From an uncultured Actinomycetes bacterium (GTDB taxonomy: Bacteria; Actinomycetota; Actinomycetes; Nanopelagicales; Nanopelagicaceae): a DNA stretch of 64,000 nt. Both the position numbers and the translations under genes were made by a program. The notes beneath the pieces were generated by a model, which did not search any database, had not been told where the DNA came from, and saw nothing but the letters and a program-made list of their open reading frames with translations. The stretch is taken from positions 44,831 through 108,830 of the forward strand of contig CAIRHO010000004.1 in NCBI GenBank assembly GCA_903878415.1, written 5' to 3'. Positions 9,001 to 15,617 of the stretch are shown in pieces. Each line of letters starts with the position of its first letter. The stretch's first letter is position 1.

Positions 9001-10677
9001 GGCACAGCATCAAACGGCACGGTATTAGTGAGTTGGAATTTGGTTGCCGATCCCGTGGGGGCACCAGTAACTAGTTATTTAGTGACTGCTTATACATCCT
9101 CCGGTGGGACTGCATTTAAATGTTCGGCTTCTGCAACAAGTACTAGCTGTACGGTTTCTGGCATTGCCTACAAAACCGATTACACATTTAAAGTTGTTGC
9201 TCGCAATACGGCCGGATCTAGCCCTGATTCAAATACTTCTTCAGTCGTTAATCTAGTAATTGCCCAAAGCATTACTTTTGATATGGCCGCTTCTGCAGGA
9301 TTTAACGTGGGTTCTATTGTTCTAACAGCAAGTGCAAGTTCAGGCCTTGCTGTCACCTATACAGTTTCAACTGCAAGCATTTGCAGTGTCTCCGGATCAA
9401 CTTTGACATTTATAGCAGTCGGAACTTGCACTGTAAGCGCCTCACAAAACGGTGCTGATTCCAACTATTCAGCAGCTACCCCAGTACTTGATTCAATTGA
9501 AGTAACTGCTGTTACGCCACCAGCAATTGCACTATCTCAAGTTGCACCGGGTGCATCGAAATTAACAGCAACATGGAGCGCGGCAACTCAATTCGGTGGA
9601 TCTACACTTTCTGGATACGTACTTAGTTGGGCACAAAATGCAGATTTCTCTGATGAGAATTCAGCAACCGTCTCAGGTACTACAAGTGTTATTAATGGGC
9701 TTTTAGCAAAGACTACTTATCGCGTTCGTATAAAAGTTGTAACTACCGCGGGTACCTCTAGCGGTTGGAGCAACGTCCTGGTCGGTACCACTTTTGGTTT
9801 ACCCGCAGCTCCAACTATAGGCACTCCATCATTTACGACACCTGGAGTCGTCACAGTGAATTGGACTAACGTGCCAACTGCTGACAACGGTGGAACACCA
9901 GTTACCGGTTACACAGCTGAGGCATATAACAATGCAACCTCGCTTGCCACAGGTTTTACTTGTTCAGCAGCATCTAGCACGTGCGACATTTCAGGTTTAA
10001 ACGGAGCGCTTACCTATTTCTTTAAAGTAACTGCCACCAATGCCGTTGGAAGTGCAACTTCGGCGGCAAGTGATACCAAACAACCTGGCACAGCACAAAC
10101 AATCACGCCAGGAAACATGAGTGTTACCCATGCATATAACCCATTCTTAGAAACATCGACAACAACCTCAGGCCTGCCACTGCTTTTTACAAAATTAGCG
10201 GACACGCCAACATCCTCCTATGCGCAAACTGGTTGGGGAACTGGCCGAACAGTGTGTTCTGTTACTTCTAGTGGAACAGTAACCGTTGATCTAGCCGGAG
10301 TTTGTACGATAACCGTTAGCCAAGATGGAACTGACAGCGGTTCCCCAACTCAGTATTTTGCAGCAACATCAGTTGTAACAACTGTGACAGTTGCAGCAAC
10401 TGCACCGAGTGTTGTTACAGGATTGACTCTTACACCTGATGACGGAAAAGTAACCGCAACTTGGTTAGCGTTAACTAATGACGGCGGTGCACCAATTATT
10501 TCTTACTTACTAAACTGGTATAAGTCGGGGACTTCACGCTCAGATGATTCTCATGGTGCGGCAACGGTAACAGCACCAACTCTTAGTTATCTTGTCACCG
10601 GATTAACGAATGGAACAACATACACATTTGAAATTCAGGCGGTCAATAAGGCTAATCTAACAGGCGCAATCCTGTGA
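1..10677 (+). CDS. Giant secreted/cell-surface repeat protein, 5'-truncated by the window edge (over 3557 aa). It has about two dozen fibronectin type III-like domains interleaved with bacterial Ig-like (Big), He_PIG/cadherin-like, I-set-like and two-cysteine Ig-like modules.
   Basis: ORF 4..10677 is uninterrupted, has no start codon in the window, and ends with TGA at 10675-10677. An FN3 signature recurs about every 85-100 aa: P-x-A-P-T boundary, W-x-x-P, DGG/NGG-x-[IV]-x-x-Y, then Y-x-[FV]-x-[VI]-x-A-x-N. The protein is T/S/A/G/V-rich with very few charged residues. I saw no LPXTG motif and no C-terminal TM helix. Confidence 0.9.
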   Translation, partial: AVSSGTVTTTFSVSSGSPSSFQYSTDAGSTWATKSTTLSSSVYTMVITKLSSDGTTDLVNGTTYPIQLRGVNSYGNGFASSSSNQAPGAAPSAPTSLIVSPGNLQATVSWTAPTNVNGYAVSGYKTEYSTNNTSWTTASSNTASATTSYTFTGLSNGSSYYFRVSAINSKGTSSTLSSSSSQKIGVPSDPTITGITPGDNTLSVAFTAPTSTNGASITNYEYSTNNGSTWSTRSPTSTSSPLVISSGVSNGTTYTVAIRAVNSNGSGVTSNLVQAVPANSVVAPAAPTISSITAGNTQASVVFTPGSDGGASITNYKYSINGGSTWVTPSPAVTSSPLVITGLTNGTSYSISIKAVNSAGDGAAATAVSVVPATTPGAPTSVTLTAGDSAFDVSWIAPSSNGGNAVKSYKVEYLPVSGSWTTAISNTGSTNLTYTVTGLSAATSYSFRVSAINDMGTGSASTASSVTVAVTVPGAPTITSIVGTYQQLNINFTVPTSDGGSSIIDYEYSTDNGTNWDAIGSTANPIQTNTESDGVTTLSNKSYSVKIRAVNAVGHGAASSMVTGTPNSATKLGITTQPSTVANGATMSSVVVKVQDSGSSTVTSSAAQISVSIASGSGSFCDGVTTTVTASSGIATFSTLCVIGTIGSYTLNFTADGLTDTTSNSFTLSVGSATKVVVTRASAGTASGAAFTTQPQVTIQDSGGNTVTGSSAVVTATISAGGTLEGTKTATASSGIATFSDLGITGTAGTPYTITYTGAGGLTIATASVTVTVGSATKLAVTRAPAGTASGATFTTQPQVTMQDSGGNTVTSSNAVVTATISAGGTLEGTKTATASSGIATFSDLGISGTAGTEYTITYGGALGITVATATVTVTAGSGSTLSITTSASGAAAHAAFTTQPVIQLKDSGGNNISTSGVTVTATLSSGTFSSGSSTATATSSSGVATFSGLQLNTVGSVTITYSVAGYSSSANQSLSVSTGTTTNSIALTGAATTAKYATAVTITATVGQAGAVNFKVGGSSISGCSAVSSSAGTATCSWTPAAVNASTALTAVLTPTDVTYALVTSATLTINVGKATPVITWTTPSPIRPSVTLSSTQLSATASVAGTFAFTPASGDSVTTGTVELSATFTPTDTTNYEAVITTRNLVVLGAISPGAPTSPVATTPGSGSGTLDLSWTAPTDDGGAVIDNYEYRIALYDESSLSWSDWTTAATASTSKSISGLGKHKYYVIQIRAHNSAGYSTASTTSTKSYSSGTEVTIFAAPTNVLAVFTASTGNTKVNFTPPVGATDSTNYQYSTDDGVSWKSVSVTSDGDTKKQFTLSGLTKGTTYKIKVRGLNEAGNGSENTAYTLTPVSAPNTPTIDSGTPSSGKITVVFSTSTDTGGQAVTYQYRTAEEGSWVNVPSNLSPFEITSISNDQSYPIQMRARNATGDSNPTSATVVNAIRAGSATIRTQPSDTSLTNGQTAGYSLTVSATASSDRDTLSYQWYKNSEAISGATAATYTVSGPITTSNAGTFYVIVTATANGTSLTTQSNNAVVTVNAAPSITSSALAGATKGSEYSATLAGTGGVPSYTFSVVSGSLPTGLTLSSGTISGTVSNTVTTGTKTIAVTITDSKGVSTTANVTIVVSASISITTSSLGSASKGSAYSVTLAASGGNETYTWSLGEDSELPSGLTLAGATGVISGTPTNAASSKTFTIRVTDGNRATTTSRFTINITSAVPNAPTSLTATSGDKSIVLAWTAPTAVTGVVITNYIINFIKPKGEHNDDGGDDDEEKGSVSISAPATSYTLTGLKNGLSYTVTVSAKSSGGTGTASNSATAVTAGKASAPTSVTAGVVKTGISVRWKKPEDNGGKNVTSWKAECLNTTTSVAITKTVSSPDRSDGDENQYRYTLLKAELTAGASYKCRVLGTTSNGDGSWSSYSSTIVFATVPSTPGTITTDTTTGGKVVVSWLASSDDGGSPITSYSAWIYKKKDGESEESDSKRTCTSTPAALTCTLVGVPTKGTFNVYVSAVNELGESETPAIKNVIITGKTQTISKPSISGKKVGDADFNFGVTNSSGLKLVYSVVSPYSSVCSISYKGVVHIKIAGTCRINYSQDGHRKKEDDSDDGDSEYEPITPDYVEFSIADRAPTVPTITSVTIGNTQLTLNWSAPSNSGGIQTGYEVQSATNASCATTCIWSSSLTPAADALSQVFGSLTNGIAYQLRILAKNAGGSSAWVVASSTYTPYTVPNKPVITNPITGVAATSTVTVAWSAVTSNGSSVTSYVISGTATGLPDKTCTVGGSTTSCAITGIQNDNTYSFTMVAKNAAGTSAVSDPQTIKLAAIAQSITVTSVPSIYGWTVGDPDLQINASANSGLPLQWSINDSSVCSVTSSGNVHFKIAGTCEVYIKQNGKDASGNATKYAAATDATPIQLVIEAATPSAPTITSVTNDPSGLVIVWSAPSRVGGGTIYYNLSGVNGGSTVTCVETASLGCTINSVTKGLSYAFTVTARNTAGTGSASNTVYGTWMTVPSVPIAGTATSIANASNGKSLDIFWKKSVNDNGSAISRYVVSASSAGYTTQTCSVNRDDSITTGDYSCTVQNLRAGVSYAVSVVAKNSVGDSSALSIGNIIPGLSQTVTVSTPISKFIGNSDFTLTATATSGGALTFATSDSTCTVVSGTGLVHIVSVGTCTVTATQAGATNSDDSMYKSASANSVITISAAAPGKATITKVVGGDTKLTITWTNPTFTGGATLTQEVTATASETATRTCTTSPSATTCEITGLTNTVTYTLVVKEINTAGNSLSDSAEGVPFLNSRAPMPITATGGIREVALTWVAPAEYEVGYSLHHYVIYKDNVVWLTTSDSSTVSATVSGLANFTTYSFKARAVVVKNADATVFLDGDFTSIATAKTLNVPSAPSSLGVTATSTTLAVSWNTPEADGGSSILSYVASATAASVTTSCPATAPARTCTITGLTLGTTYAISVTATNAVGTGSALTGSQATTAAPTAPELVSAVGTASNGTVLVSWNLVADPVGAPVTSYLVTAYTSSGGTAFKCSASATSTSCTVSGIAYKTDYTFKVVARNTAGSSPDSNTSSVVNLVIAQSITFDMAASAGFNVGSIVLTASASSGLAVTYTVSTASICSVSGSTLTFIAVGTCTVSASQNGADSNYSAATPVLDSIEVTAVTPPAIALSQVAPGASKLTATWSAATQFGGSTLSGYVLSWAQNADFSDENSATVSGTTSVINGLLAKTTYRVRIKVVTTAGTSSGWSNVLVGTTFGLPAAPTIGTPSFTTPGVVTVNWTNVPTADNGGTPVTGYTAEAYNNATSLATGFTCSAASSTCDISGLNGALTYFFKVTATNAVGSATSAASDTKQPGTAQTITPGNMSVTHAYNPFLETSTTTSGLPLLFTKLADTPTSSYAQTGWGTGRTVCSVTSSGTVTVDLAGVCTITVSQDGTDSGSPTQYFAATSVVTTVTVAATAPSVVTGLTLTPDDGKVTATWLALTNDGGAPIISYLLNWYKSGTSRSDDSHGAATVTAPTLSYLVTGLTNGTTYTFEIQAVNKANLTGAIL
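1702..2937 (+). repeat. Four in-phase tandem 309-bp (103-aa) coding repeats, each encoding a Big/invasin-like Ig domain.
   Basis: Units lie at 1702-2010, 2011-2319, 2320-2628 and 2629-2937. Units 2 and 3 (GSATKVVVTRASAGTASGAAFTTQPQVTIQDSGGNTVT... and GSATKLAVTRAPAGTASGATFTTQPQVTMQDSGGNTVT...) are near-identical at protein level. They share an identical DNA core, attagcgctggtggaactcttgaaggaacaaaaaccgc. Confidence 0.85.
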
Positions 10678-13442
10678 TTTCTTTTTTCAAAAAAAGTATT
10701 TTTCTCGTTTTAATATTGGTTTTACTATCACCTTCCACTGCCCATGCCGACGTTGCTGATGCGACACCAATTGGGGCGCCGCAAAGTGTTAATAAACCAA
10801 CTGCAGTTTTGATTGCTGATACAACGGATGTAACAATTACATGGACAAAACTCACAGATGCCCAGTCATCCGGCAGTCCAGTAACTGGGTACCAAGCAGT
10901 TCCTTATTACGGTAGTGGTTTCACGACATTGGCGCTCAACTCATGCTCAACGGGGGCAACAGAGGATCACTGCACCGTTTCAGGGCTGGCATTTGGTGTT
11001 ACCTACCAATTCAAAGTACTAGCTACTAATAGTAATGGAACGTCGACTTCTGTTTTTAGTGATCCAGTTACTGCTCCACTTCAAACCCAAACAGTTTCTA
11101 TTACAGGCGCACCCAATTCATATACATACGGTTCCGCCGACTTTAAATTGGCCGCTACTGCAACTTCAGGATTAGCAGTTGCTTGGACAGCTTCACCATC
11201 TGCTACCTGCACTGTTGATTCAGATGGTTTTGTTCACTTCAAAATTGCAGGAACGTGCCGAGTAACCGCAACCCAGAGTGGTGTAGGAAGTTCATATTCT
11301 TCTGCATCAACCTATGTGGATGTGAGCGCCGGTATTTCATTATCAGTGACAATCGGCTCAGCTTCTAATGTGCAGGGCACCACCGCATCAGTTAGTGCGA
11401 CTTTCCCATATCCAGGTGAATCAGTTGCACCTTCTTTTTGTGTTTCGACATCAAATTCTGCAAGCACTTCGTGTTCCTTGCCAGGAGGTGTATCAATTGG
11501 AAGTCCTACCCCAGCTTTAATTACGGCTTCGAGCTCAAACGCAGTCTCTGCAGATATCACTGGGTTAACAGCAAATACAACCTACTATTTTTGGGCCATA
11601 GCGTCTGCATCAAGTCCAGCCGTGGCTAGTTCTACTAGTAGCTTTACGACAATTAGCGGACCATCAATTACTGCAACCGGCACTAACTCAGGAACTGTAA
11701 ATTCTGCTTTCACCATGACATTTACTGCAAGCGATGGCAGTGGAGATTACGTGACTTGGGATAAAGGCACTTTGCCCGCCGGCCTAACTTTTACTCCGGG
11801 CGTTAATTCATCGACACTTACAGGCACACCTACGGCTGCTGCAACCACACCAACTTGGGTTTCGGTAACTGACAGCGGTGGTCTATCGACCACTTATTCA
11901 TACACGATCACCATTGCACCTGTAGCAACAACTGCCCCTACGACACCTACGACACCCACAACACCTACGACACCCACAACACAAGTTACTACTCCCTCTG
12001 GCCCATCAGGCCAAGTAATTACCGTAACTAATCTTCCAGATCCTGCATTTGTTGGTGACTCAGATCTTCAATTAGATGCAGTGGCTAGTTCAGGGTTGCC
12101 AATTAGTTATCAATCAACTACTAGCAAAATCTGCACCATTTCAACGAGCGGCTTACTTAAAATTATTACTGTCGGTAACTGCTTATTGTCGTTATTACAA
12201 GCTGGAAATAGCTCTTATAACCCGGCAACCAAGAGCGTAATAATCAAGGTAGTTCACAAATTGCAAGTGGCCCTTGAAGAGTTCACCAACGTCCAAAGTA
12301 ACAGCACCACGGCAGTTGCAACTGCGCCTTGGCCTGGTGATGACACTTCAGTTAAGTTCTGTATCTCTTTGAGTGAATCAAAAAGTGATTGCACTGTGCC
12401 TTCAGGGGTTAGCATCAGTGATCTTGCTCCTACGACTATTACAAAGGATTCAGGCAGTGTTGTTACTGCAAACATAAGTGGGTTAAATCCTGCAACAAAC
12501 TACTTTGTTTGGGCAGTTGCAACGGTTGGTGATGAAGAGGTAACGAGTGGAATACGTAAACTCCATACCCCTTTGGGCCCAACCATTCTCTATGTAGGTA
12601 AAACTTCCTACCTCAAAACTGAACCTGTGCGTATTCAGTTCCGCGCAACCGGCGGCGCTCGCGGATTTAAAAACTGGAAAGGAACTGGATTCCCAACTGG
12701 AATCAAGTTAGTTGCACTCAATTCAATTTTTACCGCAACCGGAACTAACCTCAAAGCTGGAACATACATAGTCAGTGTCTCAGTTGCAGATAAGTCAGGC
12801 TCTACGAGCACGATAACTGTCCCACTTGTTATCTCAGGTGGTTTGATCGTTGGGCAACCTGAACAGGTTCAAGGCGCCACAACACAGTTGATTTCATCAA
12901 AATCAGTTCGAGTTTCCTGGCAACCACAAGATGATGCCCAAAAGTATGAAGTTACTCTTGCAAATAAAGTGGTGTGCTCGACAAGTGGAATTGAATGTGA
13001 AATTAAGCAGTTGCTTGGGCCTAAAGCCCAGATTGCAGTAACTGCGGTAAGTACAGAAGGTATTAAGTCACAACCAATACCAACTACTTATAGAGCGCCA
13101 GTTATTCCTATTGACATGGAAGTTGCTAACTTTGCCCTTAATTCAGCAGTTTTGAGCGCTAGCGATAAATCAAAAATCGCTTCACTAGCTAAAACCATTC
13201 AAACTCAAGGCTTCACATCAATCCAAGTTGCAGGTCACACCGACTCTCAAGGAAATGCCACTTTAAACAGCGCGCTTTCAAGAGCCAGAGCCGTGAGCAC
13301 CTTTAGCTATCTCAAGCAGATCTTGGCTAAGACACCAATCTCTGTCACTTTGCTAGCCGAAGGTGCGAGCTCGCCGGTGGGATCTAACACAACTGAAGAT
13401 GGCCGTGCAGCCAACCGCCGCGCTGTGCTCTCACTTAACTAA
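10674..13442 (+). CDS. Secreted multi-domain surface protein (922 aa): signal peptide, FN3-like, two-Cys Ig-like and He_PIG-like modules, a Pro-Thr linker, and a C-terminal OmpA-like peptidoglycan-binding domain.
   Basis: The GTG start at 10674 overlaps the TGA stop of the giant gene (GTGA). The N-terminus MISFFKKSIFLVLILVLLSPSTAHA/DV is a classic Sec signal. The C-terminus carries OmpA_C signatures (NFALNSAVL...VAGHTDSQGNATLNSALSRARA...DGRAANRRAVLSL). The module set [two-Cys Ig, FN3-variant, He_PIG] is duplicated internally. Confidence 0.9.
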   Translation: MISFFKKSIFLVLILVLLSPSTAHADVADATPIGAPQSVNKPTAVLIADTTDVTITWTKLTDAQSSGSPVTGYQAVPYYGSGFTTLALNSCSTGATEDHCTVSGLAFGVTYQFKVLATNSNGTSTSVFSDPVTAPLQTQTVSITGAPNSYTYGSADFKLAATATSGLAVAWTASPSATCTVDSDGFVHFKIAGTCRVTATQSGVGSSYSSASTYVDVSAGISLSVTIGSASNVQGTTASVSATFPYPGESVAPSFCVSTSNSASTSCSLPGGVSIGSPTPALITASSSNAVSADITGLTANTTYYFWAIASASSPAVASSTSSFTTISGPSITATGTNSGTVNSAFTMTFTASDGSGDYVTWDKGTLPAGLTFTPGVNSSTLTGTPTAAATTPTWVSVTDSGGLSTTYSYTITIAPVATTAPTTPTTPTTPTTPTTQVTTPSGPSGQVITVTNLPDPAFVGDSDLQLDAVASSGLPISYQSTTSKICTISTSGLLKIITVGNCLLSLLQAGNSSYNPATKSVIIKVVHKLQVALEEFTNVQSNSTTAVATAPWPGDDTSVKFCISLSESKSDCTVPSGVSISDLAPTTITKDSGSVVTANISGLNPATNYFVWAVATVGDEEVTSGIRKLHTPLGPTILYVGKTSYLKTEPVRIQFRATGGARGFKNWKGTGFPTGIKLVALNSIFTATGTNLKAGTYIVSVSVADKSGSTSTITVPLVISGGLIVGQPEQVQGATTQLISSKSVRVSWQPQDDAQKYEVTLANKVVCSTSGIECEIKQLLGPKAQIAVTAVSTEGIKSQPIPTTYRAPVIPIDMEVANFALNSAVLSASDKSKIASLAKTIQTQGFTSIQVAGHTDSQGNATLNSALSRARAVSTFSYLKQILAKTPISVTLLAEGASSPVGSNTTEDGRAANRRAVLSLN
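11937..11981 (+). repeat. Short tandem coding repeat (9-bp ccN-acN-aca units) encoding a (PTT)5 linker.
   Basis: The sequence cct acg aca cct acg aca ccc aca aca cct acg aca ccc aca aca translates to PTTPTTPTTPTTPTT. It sits between the He_PIG-like module and the second two-Cys Ig module. Confidence 0.8.
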
Positions 13443-13496
13443 ACCCTTAACTACTGTTGGGAAAAGTAGAACGGCGAATAAGGCAAAAAAGTGATG

Positions 13497-15497
13497 CTAT
13501 TTAACGTACTTTCCAATTACTTCAGCTTGTAGCTTGCTGCCAAGTCTTGATAAATGGTCATCATCTAAATACAGCAAAGTCCCATTTTTTAAAAAGTTAC
13601 AAGATGTATCTGGGCAGAAAATATCTAAAGTATCAATAAAAGTAGCGCCACTAATATTTTGTAAAATGTTGCGATGCAGGCTCTGTCGATCAAGAACATG
13701 TGCTCGATTCCTTGGTTCACATTTTGCCTCAGTTTTCGCTCTAGCAACTCCAAAATCTAAGCAATTTTTTAAATCAAACGACAGCTCTGGATTTTCCGAT
13801 ACTAAATAAATCTGCTTTCCTTGTGATCGGTATAGATCAACCGTCTTCTGCAGCGCTTCTTGGAAGAGGGACGCCTTAGTTGCAGTGGATGGAATGGTTT
13901 GTTGCGAAGCTGGCCACTTCATGAATTTAACGTGGCGGATCGGAATCTCTTCATGTGCTGTTATGTAATAAGAGCCACGGGATATGAAAATTACGGTATC
14001 AATGCCTTTGGTATTCGTCATTGCATCAATAATTTGTTTTGTTGATTCGGTACATTCATTCAATTTTGGAATAGACATTCCTGTTGCAACACCAATAAAT
14101 GGGGGGCAGAGCGAATTAGAGAATAGGACGGTATTGATTCCTAATTTTCCGTAATAGTTTGATAGCCCAACCCAGGCCGCTTGCGCATGGGAATCTCCAG
14201 TAATTGCAATAGTGCGCGCGCCGCCTACATAGTTATATCTACAGTAATGAAATAGATGTTTTGGATTACCGATCAATTCACCGCAACCGGCATCGCTTCC
14301 AGGTGCTCTAACAAGTTGGATCATGTTGGCTTTAGATGTACCAACTCGATTTTCTACACCATTGCTTACTTGAATTCCGATTCCTAACAATGCGATTACG
14401 ACTAGCCCAACCAGAAGCGCGATAATTTTTTTAAACTCGTGCGCTTTACTCCGCATGTGCACTTCTAGTAAGCGATAACAACCGTAAGAGAGCGCAATAC
14501 TTAAAATCACACTTAATCCTCGCGCTAATTTTGGCGGAGTTCCAGTGAAGTACATGTAGCCAAAAGAGAGAAAAATCCAATGCCAGAGATAGAGCGGATA
14601 ACTGATTAGACCAATCCAAACTGAGATTGGGTTACCTACTAATTTTGATGTGAAGGTCGGTTTTGCGCCAAAAAGAATTAATCCAGCGGAACTAAGAACA
14701 CCGATCAATACTGTGAGCAATGATCGCTTCTCCGTTCCGAAGTAGAGCGCAACCAACATTGCAAATAACGACATTGCAGCAGCGAGCTCTACTGCAAATC
14801 TATAGCTATGTATTTTTTCTATGACTTTGTAATGGTAAACAAAAGCAAAAGCAAGCGCTGCGCCAACCAACAACTCCCAAAATCTTGGTGCTGGTGAGTA
14901 GAAAGCTAAATCCGGGTTGAGGTATCGGTAATGGTATGCAGTATAAAAAGACGCAACTAACATCACTCCAGTCAGGGCAAATGCGTATTTTCGAACTTTA
15001 AATAATATGAAAAGAATTAGCGGCCAAAGCAAATAAAACTGCTCTTCAATACTTAGCGACCAAAGGTGCAATAATGGCTTTTGAATTGCATCAGCATCAA
15101 AATATCCAACTTGGCTCCACAGTACAAAGTTAGTTATAAACACAGTTGCGCCAGCAGTAACTCTTCCTAATTGCACATAATCTTGTGGCAACAATAAAAA
15201 CCAACCCAAAATCAAAGTTGTTGCTAAGACAACAAGCAAGCTAGGAATAATGCGGCGAATTCGGCGAGAATAAAAGTTTCTTATCTTAAATTTTCCAGCA
15301 TCAATTTCATTAATAATGATTTGGGTTATTAAGAATCCGGAAATAACAAAAAAGATATCTACACCTATAAAACCACCAGTAAGTCGCTTAGGAAAAGCGT
15401 GGAAAGCAATAACGCTAAGCACCGCAATAGCGCGGATCCCATCAATATCTGGGCGGTAAAAATGGGGCTTAGGTAAAGGCATGTGGCATTTTGGCAT
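13497..15497 (-). CDS. Acyltransferase family 3 (OafA/YrhL-like) membrane O-acyltransferase with a C-terminal SGNH-like extracytoplasmic domain.
   Basis: The N-terminal DIDGIRAIAVLSVIAFH motif and about 10 predicted TM helices are followed by a roughly 280-aa soluble tail, the typical AT3-SGNH architecture. The ORF extends to a TTG at 15533, 2 nt from the tRNA at 15536. ATG 15497 (MPKCH...) or ATG 15482 (MPLPKP...) is the more plausible start. Confidence 0.8.
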   Translation of the reverse strand: MPKCHMPLPKPHFYRPDIDGIRAIAVLSVIAFHAFPKRLTGGFIGVDIFFVISGFLITQIIINEIDAGKFKIRNFYSRRIRRIIPSLLVVLATTLILGWFLLLPQDYVQLGRVTAGATVFITNFVLWSQVGYFDADAIQKPLLHLWSLSIEEQFYLLWPLILFILFKVRKYAFALTGVMLVASFYTAYHYRYLNPDLAFYSPAPRFWELLVGAALAFAFVYHYKVIEKIHSYRFAVELAAAMSLFAMLVALYFGTEKRSLLTVLIGVLSSAGLILFGAKPTFTSKLVGNPISVWIGLISYPLYLWHWIFLSFGYMYFTGTPPKLARGLSVILSIALSYGCYRLLEVHMRSKAHEFKKIIALLVGLVVIALLGIGIQVSNGVENRVGTSKANMIQLVRAPGSDAGCGELIGNPKHLFHYCRYNYVGGARTIAITGDSHAQAAWVGLSNYYGKLGINTVLFSNSLCPPFIGVATGMSIPKLNECTESTKQIIDAMTNTKGIDTVIFISRGSYYITAHEEIPIRHVKFMKWPASQQTIPSTATKASLFQEALQKTVDLYRSQGKQIYLVSENPELSFDLKNCLDFGVARAKTEAKCEPRNRAHVLDRQSLHRNILQNISGATFIDTLDIFCPDTSCNFLKNGTLLYLDDDHLSRLGSKLQAEVIGKYVK

Positions 15498-15535
15498 AAA
15501 GAAGAAAATCGGTAGGCTTCCGACAATCTCCAAAT

Positions 15536-15608
15536 GCGCCTGTAGCTCAACGGATAGAGCATCTGACTACGGATCAGAAGGTTAGGGGTTCAAATCCCTT
15601 CAGGCGCA
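15536..15608 (+). tRNA. tRNA-Arg (anticodon ACG).
   Basis: A manual cloverleaf fold works. The acceptor is GCGCCTG/CAGGCGC plus discriminator A. The D arm is GCTC-AACGGATA-GAGC. The anticodon arm is TCTGA-CTACGGA-TCAGA, with ACG at 15569-15571. The T arm is AGGGG-TTCAAAT-CCCTT. The gene is 73 nt and CCA is not encoded. Confidence 0.93.
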
Positions 15609-15617
15609 CTCAGATAT

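Noticed and set aside
13443-13496. I looked for a bidirectional terminator between the convergent OmpA-domain gene and the acyltransferase gene.
   Set aside because: I could not identify a convincing GC-rich stem or U-tract in the 54-nt spacer.
15536-15608. I considered the tRNA-Arg as an integration site of a mobile element or prophage.
   Set aside because: No integrase, recombinase, transposase or phage-like ORF is present anywhere in the window. I did not find a duplicated tRNA 3' segment. Only the weaker island-boundary idea is retained.
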